NCBI RefSeq assembly: GCF_001194135.2
Contig: NC_068987.1
Location: 63,066,833-63,130,823 of the forward strand
Direction of reading: 5' to 3'
DNA from: Octopus bimaculoides
Taxonomy: Eukaryota
Length of the DNA stretch: 63,991 nucleotides
The position numbers and the translations under genes are program-made. Below, piece by piece: positions 1 through 13,299 of the stretch; position 1 is the first letter of the stretch; each line of letters starts with the position of its first letter. The notes beneath the pieces are model-generated. The model made no database searches. It was not told the origin of the DNA and worked only from the letters and a program-made list of their open reading frames with translations.

Positions 1-31
<31 letters not shown>

Positions 32-1174
32 CACTTCAAACAACACTTGTGGACAAAAGGAGTAAAAAGAAAAGTAAATGCAAATTTACACATATATATA
101 TATATATATTTATATTCTTATGTGACTGGAAGTAGGAGAGACTTTCTCCCACTACATCTTTCTAAATGTTTCTTTTACTTTACCATTTTATATTTTTTAC
201 ACGACGCATACATATCATTTCTTATATAGGCAGAGAATCGAGTCGGATACTTATTAGGGGTGAAGGTACGAGATGTTGTGATATTCGTTCATAGCTTTCG
301 TTATTATTTTACATTATAACACCCATTTAGGATTTCTTGTCACTGGGGCAAAAACCTAATAGTTGGTCTACTTTATTTTTCGATAGGGATTTCGTCTTTT
401 CATATATGATATTGAAATCTGTACGTATACATATTGTTTCTAGTAAGGGAAAAGGAAATATAGATATATATATATTACTGGTACTTATTTTATCTACCAC
501 AACAAACATTTAGGTTGATAGCAGAAAAACTAAAGTCAATACCGACAGATTTTTTTTTTTAATTCAAACCACAGCAAAAACACCTAACTCTATGTTAGAG
601 TAAAGATCTGAATAATGAAACAATTGAAAAATAACAAAAAATGGAAAAAAAAGTTCGGGAAAAAATCCTAAGTTTGCATTAAGGTTTATGTTGTTTGTTG
701 TTGGTTTCGTTGTTATTGTTTTGTTATTAATCTTCAAACTAGTCTTCTCTGGATTCCATGAATGAATTTTTTCTGTTTATGCTACAACTTCGCCGATCAA
801 TTAAATAAATATACACATGTCACTGTGCGAATATATTTCGTTCTTAATTTTATAGTACATTATTTTTTTTCCATAAATAAAATCAATCACAGGACCCAGG
901 GTGTTTGTTTTTGGTCCAACCTCTCTGAAAATGATTTATAAATAGTTTTTTTTTTCCCCTCTATCTTACATTAAATATATGAAGTAAGGGCGAATTTTGT
1001 TTTTCTCTCCTATTCGATTTTAGAAATAAAATATACATCGGAGAGAAATTTAAGTTGTGAAGTGGATGGATGAAATGCGAGTGAAACTGTTCCAACATGA
1101 GAAAGCGAAAGGGCCAAAACATGAAGGAAAACGACAAACGCATGTTTAGTTCCCGACCAAGTAATTATAATATT

Positions 1175-1332
1175 CTTTTCTACTCTAGGCACAAGGCCTG
1201 AAATTTTGGGGGAGGGGGCCAGTCGATTAGATCGACCCAGTACGCAACTGGAACTTAATTTATCGACTCCGAAGGGATGAAAGGCAAAGTCGACATCGGC
1301 GGAATTTGAAACTCAGAACGTAAAGACAGACG
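1175..1332 (-). mobile_element. 5'-truncated SINE (local family B) with 16-bp target-site duplication
   Basis: Matches family B copies elsewhere in the window (e.g. 32478-32690). Flanked by identical AAGTAATTATAATATT at 1159-1174 and 1333-1348. Confidence 0.9.
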
Positions 1333-2203
1333 AAGTAATTATAATATTGGTTTCGTTTATGTTGGCATAGAGAAAGGACATGCATTTTTTTTAGAGGATA
1401 TTTCAAATGAATAACTGTGATGATGATAATGCTTTCCAAGGATGAGCCACATAAATTGAAGTGAAATTTTTTAACTATGCCCGGGAATCGTAACAACATT
1501 AGTTCATTTATTTGTTCTTTTATATAATGACAATAATAACTAATATAGGAAAATGTATATATTTATATATACAACTGTATACATACCTATATGGCACTTA
1601 TACCAAACAAATAAACTGACATGATTTTCGAAACACTATTAAAAAAATCCTTTTAAGTGTTCTAGAGAAATACTATAAGATAAAATGACGATTGCATTAA
1701 TGAGAACTAATATAATTAAATTATATTTTTAAGATTTCCATTATCTTCCTAGACCAAACCATACACGCAACACTAGGAAATATATTTACATTTGTAGAAA
1801 CAGCAACTATTATATTATATATGTGTGTGTGTGTGTGTGTATAAACGGGGACAGTTTAGTTGACAACACCAAGACCTAATTCATTTTTAGAAAACAAAAT
1901 TACGATGGTGACTGTAATGTAGAAGACAAACAGAATACATACAATAATAACCAAACTAAGGTGTAAAGTATTACCTTCTTATATTTGTCTCTTCTCTTCG
2001 TTTGTTGGTTTCCCTTTTCTTAATTTTTTTTTTTCGTTTATATCTGGTCGTTTGGGGGTGAAAATGTGCTTGATTTGAAATCAGGCTTAGATTTTGAGAT
2101 CGTATGCTCCAATATTCGAATTAACTTATGGATTATACAAATACATATTTGTATATATATTCAGAGAAATAAACAAATGATAAATCCAAAATATTGCTGT
2201 CTT

Positions 2204-2260
<57 letters not shown>

Positions 2261-2490
2261 GATGTATGTATAAATATATGAATATTGTTTTTAACTCCTT
2301 TTTTTTTTCTTTTTTCGTTTTCAAACGTCAATTTTCTTTCGTTCTGTCTGCCCCATTTGAAATATATGTCGCAAGCATGGTGCTATCTGTCTATCCAACT
2401 TATAACTGCTCTCAACATAGCTGCTTGCTGCTAAGGCGAACAGCAAATACAAACTAACAATGAAAGCCGACTGGCGGACTGTTTTGAGTA

Positions 2491-2531
2491 TGCGCAGGTC
2501 AGAGGTCAACAGGTCAGATGTCAACGGGTCA
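2491..2531 (+). promoter_or_regulatory. Cluster of five RGGTCA-like half-sites (DR1/DR2 spacing) preceded by TGCGCA
   Basis: AGGTCA-g-AGGTCA-ac-AGGTCA-g-ATGTCA-ac-GGGTCA read directly at 2496-2531. Function is inferred. Confidence 0.35.
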
Positions 2532-3906
2532 ACACTTAGCAGCAAGAGATTGCTAGGTCAGCGAACTGTTTGTTTCTATTTGTTATTCAGTTATCTCCCT
2601 TGAAATATGTAATTCTTTTGCTTTTCTTGTGTCATAAGATGACGTGAATTCCTCTGTTGTTGTCGATCATGTATGTTTAACCCTAGGTCAACCATGATCG
2701 CGCATACCTAGCTATGGTGAAAGATCTACCAACAGCATGATCATCAAATTTTTATTATTTTTTCCCCAGCATAGTGTATTTAGGTATACTTTATTTGGTA
2801 TGTCCTTTGTTCTATTTTTTAAAAGGCAGTCTAATGTAATTTAAAAGGGATTCGATTGTTATTTCTAACATGTTGAGTGACCGCGGTTCTTTTGTGGAAA
2901 TCCTGTGTTGAAACGAGGAAACGAGTCTTGTATTTTATTCAATGATAGTTGAGTCTTTTTTTATGTTTATCAGTCTTTCGTCACACGCCATCACTTGTTT
3001 TTAATATCAAAAATTAATTTATCTTTTGGTATGTTTCATCCCACTATCCATCAACTATAGCATCATTCATTCATTAATCAACTCTTGCAGCTTCTTTCTG
3101 ATAAACAGTCATCGATCAGCTTGCTAGAAAAATAGCATTCTACTGCCTAAAACTATAAAACGACACTTTAGATAATGTAGTTCCAGACACACTTCTAAAA
3201 AGATGGATCGGCACGGCTGGAATATTTTTGATCAAAGTTCTGCTCGATCACAGTTGACCTTGGGCTGAACAGTAACAGGGCAGTCGTACTTCTTTTGACA
3301 TTTTGCCGGTAACAACGAAGAATAAAAATAAGTACAAAAGTATTTAAAATATTCCTTATTTTATCGACACCTAAAGGCAAAGGGAACCTGACGTCGGCTG
3401 AATTTGAAATCAGAAGGTAAAGACGGACGAAAGTATTTTGATCGATGTGCAAACAACTTTGTCAGCTCGCTGCTTGTTAAGAAAAAAAAAATGTTCAAAA
3501 TATTGATAAAATAAAATGAGCGTATTATCCGACTAAAAGAACAACGGCAAAGGTTTAATGAATGAAACCACTAAAATCTACCTCAAATCACACCTCTTCG
3601 TTTTACAAAAACAAAGATACATCATGAACAAAGTAGAATTCAAAGAAACCGGGGTTGGTCTGTGTTATAGGTAGGCAGGCAGATAGAGAGATAGACAGAC
3701 AGACAGATAGATAGATAGACATGTGGATAGATGTTTGTAGAATTTTATATAAATAAAAATGCCTCACAATTTTGTACCATTGTAACAGCTATATAATCGT
3801 AAGGTATTTATATAAACATATATTCTACGCTCTCTTGTATTAGATCCTTTCTTACATTTAGTTTTATTGGATGTAGATCATGGGCTAAATTATCTATCTA
3901 TATCTA

Positions 3907-5085
3907 CAGGGTGCAGTGAATAAATTGTCTAAACTATGCAGAAATGAAAATAACACTGACATCTCATTTTAACAGATATATTTACCAAAATTACATAAAA
4001 ATATCTTGAAATACTAAAGAGTAAATTTATTCAATAAAATCGCCATTGCCTTCAACCACAGCCTCCTGCAACTTTTCTGGATAGTCTCCTTCTTTAAGTT
4101 GGTGAATGCTGCCTTAATCCTTGCCTTCAGTTCATCTTTAGTGTTACAAGGAGTTTTCTTGGTCTCTCGCTGAACCGCACCCCACACATAATGATCAAGG
4201 GGGTTGCAGTCTGAGGAGTTAGGTGGCCAAATGTTAGGGGTGATATCACAGAAATTGTCTGACAGCTATGATTGAGTTCTTTTGCTTGTATGGCATGGTG
4301 CAGAGTCCTGTTGCCAGATATAGTGTCTTCTAGCAGCCACCATCTTGACCCAGGGCAGTACTACATCCTCCAAGCGCTTGATGTAGGCCTCCACTAGTGA
4401 TCACTCCTAACACCCTGATGTTGACTGGATGTTTGATTTTTATCACTCTCGGTACATGTTTTGGGGACACAGCAAACCAACGGTCCTGTGTGTTCACCAT
4501 CTGATCGTGGAAGAAATTTTTCCAGTTTGAGAAAAACCAAAGCATGTTCGTTTGGAGGGGATGCTTGAGTTTGTTCAAAAGCTTTGTAGCGTGGTCTTAC
4601 CTCTTGTCCTTGATGGCTTGGGATAAAAATTGGCCCTTTCTCATCTTGTATGAGGAATACCAAATATCTTAATGTACTACCTATCTGATAAGAAACTCAG
4701 ACACTCCCATGTCTCTGGCGATGGACCTGATTGACTAGGGGGACTGTTGTCAATCATGGCCTGGATCTCACCAACAAATTCAGGAGTTCTTTTCTTATCA
4801 GAAAGATCAGAGTAAATTTTCTGAGCTGCTGTATCTTTGTAATCACCATTAGACTCATTCAACTCTTTCCAAATCCTCTGCACTGTCCTCAGATGGACAT
4901 CCAAAATACACTAAAATGTTTGTATTGGAGCTTTCAGTGTGAATGCCAAGCAGTACAGCATGTTGTTTCCAAATTTTTGGCAGATTACTTTATGCTTGTG
5001 CTAGAACAACACTGTTGCATGGTAGTGAGACACAGGCCTTGAACACAGAGAACTTGACGAAACTGAAAAGAAATGAATCCAATAT
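3907..5085 (-). mobile_element. Decayed Tc1/mariner-superfamily transposon (maT/DD37D-like transposase pseudogene)
   Basis: TA+CAGGGTG terminus at ~3905-3915. Minus-strand fragments: HTH-like 'VHLRTVQRIWKEL'; 'KNFFHDQMVNTQDRW...KHPVNIRVLGVITSGG'; 'WQQDSAPCHTSK...IWPPNSSDCNPLDHYVWG'. Contains stops and frameshifts. Confidence 0.85.
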
Positions 5086-5129
5086 GCTCTCTTAGATGTG
5101 CAATGTAAGTATGCATGAATGACAGTATA

Positions 5130-5390
5130 AATGTACTGAGAGAAAAACTAGGCATAAGAGGAATCGGATGTAATGAGCAAGAAAAAGGACTACTCTGGTA
5201 AGGACATGTGATGCATATGGATGAGGACAGTTAAACAAGGTATTGTTGCACACTCAAGGTGGATGGAGCTTGTGGAAAATGGTGACCCAAGAAGACAATA
5301 AAATGAAGTGGTGACAACTGATCTCAGGACTCTGGGCCTCATAGATGACTGGTGATACACGGTTCTTGAAAAGACGTACCTGCCTCAGTG
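5130..5390 (+). mobile_element. RTE-clade LINE 3' end fragment
   Basis: Translation 'GLLW*GHVMHMDEDS' followed by a decayed GRPRKTW...DLRTLGL-like segment, typical of RTE ORF C-termini. Confidence 0.6.
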
Positions 5391-5739
5391 AAACAGATTT
5401 CTGAAAGTGCTATATCTGTGTGTGTGTGTGTGTATCCAAATTGAGTGAGTGGAGGAGGTAAAATCCAGGCTACATATGTTTCCTAGCTAGCATATTCTCT
5501 GATGTACTAATTAGTGAATGAGGGATACTCAGCTAGCTATTCACCAGGCCGAAGATACCTTAACTATATGAACGTTACAGTGTTGTTAAGGAATCCCAAC
5601 TCACCAAAGATATAATTTGAAATGAGTGGTGAAGTGCTTGAAGCTTACAAACTTTCTGCATTTAGATCCTTGGATCTTATAATTACACATATATGTATGT
5701 GTGTGTGTATGAACAAATGGATCTTTTGGCCAATCTCCT

Positions 5740-6460
5740 CCTCAAATCACCCCATTCTCCCCACCTGTCATCTCTCTAACTGCAGCTCTCACTTGATACC
5801 ACTTATTTTTCTTGTTACCTGGAACCATTTCATTTATTATTCATACTTCATATATTAATACTGTTCTCTCCACCCACAATTTACATACTGAGCTCCCCAA
5901 TTATCTTTACTCTTCCACTACCATACATCTCTCTCTCTCTCTCTCTCCATGTGCATTACACCTGCCTCTTTCTCTCCCCCCACCCCACATTCCTGCAACC
6001 CATCCATCTATCTGTCATATCTCTCTCATCTTTCCCCTGCATACTGTATCATCACTCTTATCCTGATACTTCTCCCCCTGCCTCCACTTTCTTCTACACC
6101 CTTATCTACCCTCCAACTCATGCATCGTTTGTTATTCCCCTACAAATTATCCACTATTCACTACATCAAGCTTTCAACCTTATCCAACCTTTACAGATGC
6201 TATCTCCCCTCTTCTCATCCATTCCCCCATTTCTCACTTCACAATTTACTGTTGCAACCTGCCAACCACCCACCTGCCCTTCTACCCTCCTGCATTTGTG
6301 GTTCCCCTATTCCCTCATTTCTACTTACCTTGTACCTTGAGAGGGGGAGGGCACTTGAACACTTCATCACTGCTATTATATCTCTTTCCAACTCCACCTG
6401 ATCATTCTCACCCTCTCTTCTAAATGTGAGTAGTCATATAGTTCCCCTACTGCAAGAAAC
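5740..6460. repeat. Pyrimidine-rich (C/T) low-complexity tract
   Basis: Strong strand asymmetry. Overlapping ORFs are H/P/S/L-rich compositional artefacts. Confidence 0.7.
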
Positions 6461-8798
6461 CTGTTCTGCTTTGATACCTTCTCTCATACTTTAACATCTG
6501 ATATACTAACATAAAGCGCTCCCACTAACACTGAGGTTCATAGTCTTGCTTAGCTACATGGCAATGTCATTACTGCTGGTAGCATGAAAAAAGCACGCAG
6601 TAAACGCTGTAAAGTGGTTGGTACAAGGAAGGGCATTCAGTTAAAAAACCATGCCAAATCAGACACTGGAGCTGGATGCAGTTCTTGGACCATTAGTTTC
6701 TGTTAAATCATCCAACTCATTCCAGTATGGAACATGGCCACTAAATGAAGAAGGAGGAGGAGGAGGTGGTGGTGGTGGTGGACGGACAGACAGATATCAC
6801 ACCTTTCTGTCTAAAATGGGGAGGATACTTTGGATAATGTAGTCTCAGATAATGTGTATGAAAAAAAGATGGAGTTATCATATGTCAGGTCAAGACCAAT
6901 TTCATCATGAATTCATGGGAAAACATATATGCACACACACACACACACACAATAGGCTTTTTTCAGTTTCCATCTGCCAAATTCATTCACAAGATCTTTG
7001 CTTGGCCTGGTGCGATAATAGAAAACACTTGGCTCATGTGCCACATGGTAGGACTGAAGCAAGGTCAATGTATTTAGGAAGCATACTTCCTAAGCACACA
7101 CCTATACCTACACTTCAATATTTATGAATATTATAATGATAATATTTATGAACCTGTGCACTCCAACTAGCAAGCCCACTCACAAAGCTTGGCCAGCCTG
7201 GGGTTATAGTAGCAGGTACTTATCCAAGGTACCACATTGCAGTACTGAACCTGGAACCATGTAATTGGGAAGCAAATTTCTTATCATACATCCATGCCTG
7301 TGTCTATATATATATATATATGCATAGAGAGAGAGAGAGAAAAGAAAAACAGATGACAAAGGAATAAATGGTTATCTGTTTCTGTTATAAGATCCAGTGA
7401 ACTCATAGTTCTTATAACTTCACTGGAAGCTCTGATGTAATTATAAGGTGTTATTCAGGCACTCAACAATAAGTCCACTGCATCTTATAGCAGAAACAGC
7501 TGTAAGCTAATGAAGTTCATAAGATAATTATTCATTCCTTTGATATCTCTTTTTCTTATTACCACTTTAAATTTGTCTAACACTTTGTTCTGAAACATAT
7601 GTATATTGAGTTCTACACCAGGTTATTGGTCTCACTATGCCCAAGTGAAATATTAAAACAATATATAAATGTATGTATACATATATATAGTAATAATAAC
7701 AATAATCCTTGGATGGAATTTAGAAAAGACATCTATCTCTGGCAATGAGTGAATTTTCAGTGATTGAGTGCTGGATAAAATGCCTTGTAGTATTTGTTCT
7801 GGCTCTCTGCATTCTGAGTTCAATTTTTGCTGAAGTCAGCTTTGTCATTCATTCTTTCTGGGTCAACAAAAAACAGTACCAGTTCAGTTGGTGGATTGAG
7901 ATAACTGTTGGTGCATTAGATTGGATGCCTTGTAGTATCTGTTCCATCTCTGTGCATTCTGAGTTCAAATCTAGTTCTTCTCTCAGGAGTTGGGACTGAC
8001 AGTATCAATAATTTATCAAAAGACATTAGAAACCTAGATTCTTTGGTTTGACTGCTAATATCTCCACATCACTGGCACATAACCATAAATTTAGGGAAAC
8101 ATTTACTGTTAGTTAAATCAACATTAATACTTGACTAAGTACTTTATTTTATTCATCCTGAGAAGTTGAACAGCAAAGTCACATCCAGCAGAAATTGAAC
8201 TCTGAATGTAAAGAAATATAACTAAATGCTTAAAAGCATTTTGTCTGCTGTTTTACTGTTTCTTGAATATGTATCAAGCAAGAATCAGCAAAATCAAATA
8301 AAGACAAAGAGGAGGAAAAGAAAAAGAATAAGACCACCTTGGTATCTATTTGTATGTGACTTCATTTAATACTAAGATTTTAAAAACTTCTGAGTATGTT
8401 TACAAAACTAAGAAATATTTTAACTTATGGATTACAATTTATAGCGAGAAAGTTAAAAAAAAAAACAAACATTATAAAAGGGTAATGCGTTTCTGAAGAA
8501 AAAAAAAGTAATTTATAGTAATGAAAGTGATGACGTCACAAGGGATATAACTCCACTGTGAATGTAGAAGAGTTATATTACTTAAAAGTTCAAGCTATAC
8601 ACAGTACAAAGGAATACTTTTAAATTAAAACCAGTTACTTTTAGATTTTTAACGGCCTGAATGCTTACTCTAAAACTTCATTATGATTCAGATAGTATCC
8701 TGCACATTAATTTCTACTTTGATGCTTGAGAAACGAAGTTACCCGTATAAAAAAAGAAAATAAAAAACAGACACAAGTCCATGAGGCAGGCTCTACGC

Positions 8799-9180
8799 TA
8801 GGGGTTTGCAAACCAGGATATGCATATCCTTGGGGGTATGTGTATCCCTAGGGGAACACAGGAGCAATTGCATGAGTAAGTGAGGCTTGTAAAAAGACTG
8901 GAATTTTGAAGTAATCACGACTATGTAAATGCTACTATTATGTTTAGAAAATGTGTGGAGAGCCTTTTGTTCTCATCCATTTCCTGTTGTGAATAAGGGT
9001 TTTAAGCAATTTTCATAATCAAAAACGAATTTCATGCAAGTCTTTCAACTGAGAATGATATGTGGGTGTATCTCTCTGGAGCTGCCTAAAACAGAGTCAC
9101 TCATTCAGAAGATCCAAGCTTATTATCCTCATTAAGAAAAAAAGTAACATTGAATTAAATAAAATTATTTCTCACATAAG
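8799..9180 (+). mobile_element. hAT (Charlie/Buster-like) remnant
   Basis: Terminus TAGGGGTTTGCAAACC. Decayed reading 'LFSSISCCE*GF*AIFIIKNEF...ENDMWVYLS' resembles the hAT C-terminal dimerisation motif. Confidence 0.45.
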
Positions 9181-9334
9181 CACAAGGCCAGAAGTAGGTA
9201 GGGAGGGAATAGCTGGGTATATCAACCCCAATATTGAGATACTTTATTTTATCAGCAATAGAATAATGAACGATAAAGCTGATTGTAGGGGAATTTAAGC
9301 TCATTAAATTAGGTTAAATTAATAACAAAGGCAC

Positions 9335-9549
9335 CAGTGTTGGTGCCATGTAAAAGTGCCCATGCTCATGCCACATAAAAGCGTCCAGTACACTCTGTGA
9401 AGTAGTTGGCATTAGGAAGAGCATCCAGCTGTAGAGTCCAAGCTAAAATAGACAAACAGAGCACAAGCAGCCCTTGAGCTGGCTAACTACTGTCAAACTG
9501 TCCAACCCATGCCAGCATGGAGAACAGAGATTAAATGATGATGATGATG
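9335..9549 (+). mobile_element. SINE-like repeat (local family C, (GAT)n tail)
   Basis: Shares 'ggcattaggaagagcatccagctgtag...ccaacccatgccagcatgg...aaatgatgatgatg' with 42086-42294 and 60661-60864. Confidence 0.8.
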
Positions 9550-11996
9550 AGTACATGTCTATTATCTGTTCTATAGTATTCAATCAACCATTTAACATTA
9601 TATTCTTCACGTAGGGTATGCTAACACTTTTGGACATGAGGAAGAGATATGCCAGTAGAAAATGTTAGAGAATCCCATATTGACGCAATCACTTGACCAG
9701 CTAGAAATGGCAGCCAAATCTCCCTCTAATCCCATCCAACCACTAAAAAAAACAAGGAAAGATACATTAGATTGTTTTGCCCAAGATCAGACCAAATAAA
9801 AGGACAATATAGTCATGACTGAAATGCCTCTGATCATAGATCTGTCTGATCAAGTCTGATCTAGGACTAAACAACTGTGTATATAGAGTGCATATTTTAA
9901 GCATGCCAGACAAAATGCTTAGCAGCATTTCATCTGTCTTTATATTCTGAGTTCAAATACCACTGAGATCAACTTTGCCTTTCGTTCTTTAGGGATCAAT
10001 AAAATAAGTACCAGTTAAGCCCTGGGGTCAATGTAATCAACTAGTCCCTCCCACTCAAATTTCAGGCCTTTGGGCTATTGTAAAATTGGATTATATAAAG
10101 ATAACTTATCATGTCAAATATTTGTGGAACAGAGCTTGATAATCTGTCTAACTCTGTCAACTTGACAATAAATTATGAGTTAGATCTGTTGTCATCAAGA
10201 AAACTGATGTCAAATAAAAATAATACATCTTGCTTAGCTGAGTTTTGGATGCATATGTATGTATGCTGCTACGTGTAAAGCGAAAGAGTATTTGTGTGTG
10301 TGTTTCTACAATGTTTTATTTCGTTATCTGAATACTGATTTCTTATACATACACAATGATTAATGTCGAATATTTAAGTGAAGCAGTGTTTGATATTTAA
10401 AGTTAAAATCATTTAAAAGCCAATACAATATGTAAGTGTAAGCATGGCTATATAGTTGAGAAGCTTGCTTCCCAATCATGTCATCTTGGGTTCAGTCCCA
10501 CTGCAAGGAACCCAACTCAAATGTCTTCTACTACAGCTCTGCACCAATCAAAAGCCTTCTGAGTGGCTTTGGTTGATGGAAAGTGAAAGAAACCTGTTGT
10601 ATGTGTGTGTGTGTGTGTGTGTATACATATAAATTTGACATGGGCGATTCTTTCTTGTCTTGGGATTCACGGTCAAATGGCTAGGTGGAATTGCATGAAA
10701 AATTACACATCTTTTGAAGCTTTGTAAAATTTTGTAACTGAAAACTGAATAGAGGTCTGTTGAACACTGTTCTTATTCACAAGTTTTATTATTATTATTA
10801 CTAGTCATCTAACTCCAATTGGTGACACTATGACGTTCCAGAACTCCATAGTATTTTCAAGTAGCTAAAGTGAGTTAATGAATCACCAGTTCTATCAACT
10901 GATAGTAATCCACTAACTTACTTGGTTGACCCAAGACTGGACATTGACTGAAGAGGCTCTTTTGAACAGAATGTGTTGTGTAGTTTCACTGAATGAAGAT
11001 CAATACATCCAACTTCACATATGCTATACTGCTCCCCATGTCTTTGCCATGATCCTGGAGTCCAGGGATTTTTCATCATTGAAGTTAACTCCTCTCTATA
11101 CACACTATTGAATGGCTCTTGACTCTTACAAGTTCCTCTGCTCTTTGACAGGTTTTGTTTTTCATCTCACAAAGTGTCCAAATTACTCTTCTCATTAAGC
11201 AAGCTTGGTGGCATTGACAGTTTAGTTGCTGACAACTTGACCATGTGATAGGTTGTACTGGGTTACATTTTACCAGTAACCATTGGGGGTGATCTGACAT
11301 AAGTGCCAGACATAATTTACTGTTTGATTTAATACCACTATCTGGCAAAGTCTACTCTATTGTAACTATTCAGGATAAATCTATGGAATGGAGACAACTT
11401 CCTCCTACTAGCCTCTTAGACTCTGCGAAAGAGTAAAGGTTGTTGCTTGTTAATCACTGATCAAGTCAGTTATAAAGAATGATATTCTTTACTGATAATA
11501 CTCCTCCATCCATTACAACTATTGATACCAGAGGCTTTGGTCAGCTAAAGGCAATAGTAGTGGACACTTGTCCAAGGTGCCATGCAGTGGGACTGAACAT
11601 GAAACCATGTAGTTGGAAAGCAAAAGTTTCAACAACACAACCATACCATTCACCCCCACACACACATACTAATTATTACTGGTGGCGCACCAGCATGGCC
11701 GCAGCCTCAAGGCTGAAAGATATAAAAGAATACTCATACATCCACACCTCTCTCTCTCTCTTTCTCTCTCACACACACACATCCACCTCTCTCTCTCACA
11801 CACACACACATGCACGCACGCACACACTTTGAAGGTATTTTTCACTTCTTTTTTAAGACAGTTATTATTTCTTCCTGGTATATAAAATGTTTGCTTCATT
11901 CCTTTATCAATTTCTGCTCAATTTATATATACCAAACTTTTGTGATGTCATCACCTCTTATATATTGTGTGGCTAAACATATTACTAATGTATTTA

Positions 11997-12210
11997 TGAG
12001 GGGATGCTGAACAGTTCCTGGCTTTGAGGGTATCATGAAAGGCCTGGCTGGAGGCCCAACCTTCCGAATTCTTTTACAGGGCTTAAAAAAACTGAAGGAC
12101 CGCTACAAGTGTGTGAATCTGAGAGGGGGAATATGTTGAATACACTCATAATCAACTGACCCTTCTGTATTCTCTTTTACCCAAAGGTAGGAACTTCTCA
12201 GCAACCCTCA
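11997..12210 (+). mobile_element. Mariner-derived MITE, 214 bp
   Basis: 28-bp imperfect TIRs (11997-12024 and 12183-12210, 23/28 match) flanked by TA on both sides. Interior retains a mariner C-terminus-like 'KCVNLRG...' remnant. Confidence 0.8.
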
Positions 12211-12859
12211 TAAAAGTGTATAATATGCATTTTATATAGTGTGTACTATTAATTTTGGGGGTTACAAAATATATAATATGCATTAACTTGTCTTTACTAT
12301 TAAGATATATAGAAAAAGATGTGTTTTGTCAGATTTTGTCAAAAATATTGAAAAAATTCAAATGTTTTAAACAAAGCAAAAACCAAATTCAAAAGTGATC
12401 TTTGAACTTCCTAAATGAACACATGGAAGTCCTGTCATCAGCCCTCAATGGGTGTGTGTGTGTGTGAAACATAATCTTGTATATTCTTTGAGCAATTCAA
12501 AAGCTGAAGCCTACCCACTCCTTTTATTTACAAGATCTGCCTGTTCCAAAATGCAAACAAAGTGAGAATAATCTTTATTTGCGGATTATCCAATTATCCA
12601 TTAATTAACAAAAAAAACAAAACAACCTGAATGAAGAGTAAAAGGTTTTTTCTTTTGCATATTTCAGTCGATCCATTGTTGTTCTGTGAGTACAGAGATG
12701 TAATAGGCGTGACAACTTTCTTAGTGTAAACAATTTCATTATCAAATGCTTCTGTTAAAATACTTTTATTAATGAATATTTTCACTCTTTCAATAGAAGC
12801 ATATACAGCAATACTTCACTTTACAAGGAGCTGCTTTATAAGACCCCAAGTTTATGAGT

Positions 12860-13000
12860 TTTATTTTTCAAGCACAAGATCCAAATTTTGAATGATGTGC
12901 AAAAGTTTCTACTACCATAACAAATGTGTTACTGAGAAATTTACAGAGAGCGAAAAAAGCTTCATCTAAGCAAACAACTCTAAACATTTTTTTAAAAAAG
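12860..13000 (+). mobile_element. Possible Tigger/pogo transposase C-terminal fragment
   Basis: 'QDPNFE*CAKVS...KKASSKQTTLNIFLKK' resembles Tigger C-termini. Short and degenerate. Confidence 0.35.
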
Positions 13001-13299
13001 AAATCTACAAGTCTGTCTATGAGTGCTTGTGAAGTGGTGATTACATCTACAAGTCATGGTGTGCATGAGTCTAGTGTGAGTGAAAGTGATCCAGAAAATG
13101 ATTATAATAATAGTATTTTTTATTCAAAAGAAGTAAGATGGAAAGGAGCTTCAGCTAGGGTCCTCACAGGCAAGGCACATAAGTATAAAGTCTTCTGGAA
13201 ACCAACTGGATCTGCCAATGCCAGATTTTGACACAACAATGCCCTATCATACAAACAATGGACTATAAGAACTGTTGTAATTCAAATCATCCATAGTCT

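Noticed and set aside
10900-11350. Short ORFs with transposase- or LINE-like flavour
   Set aside because: No diagnostic motif could be read in any frame.
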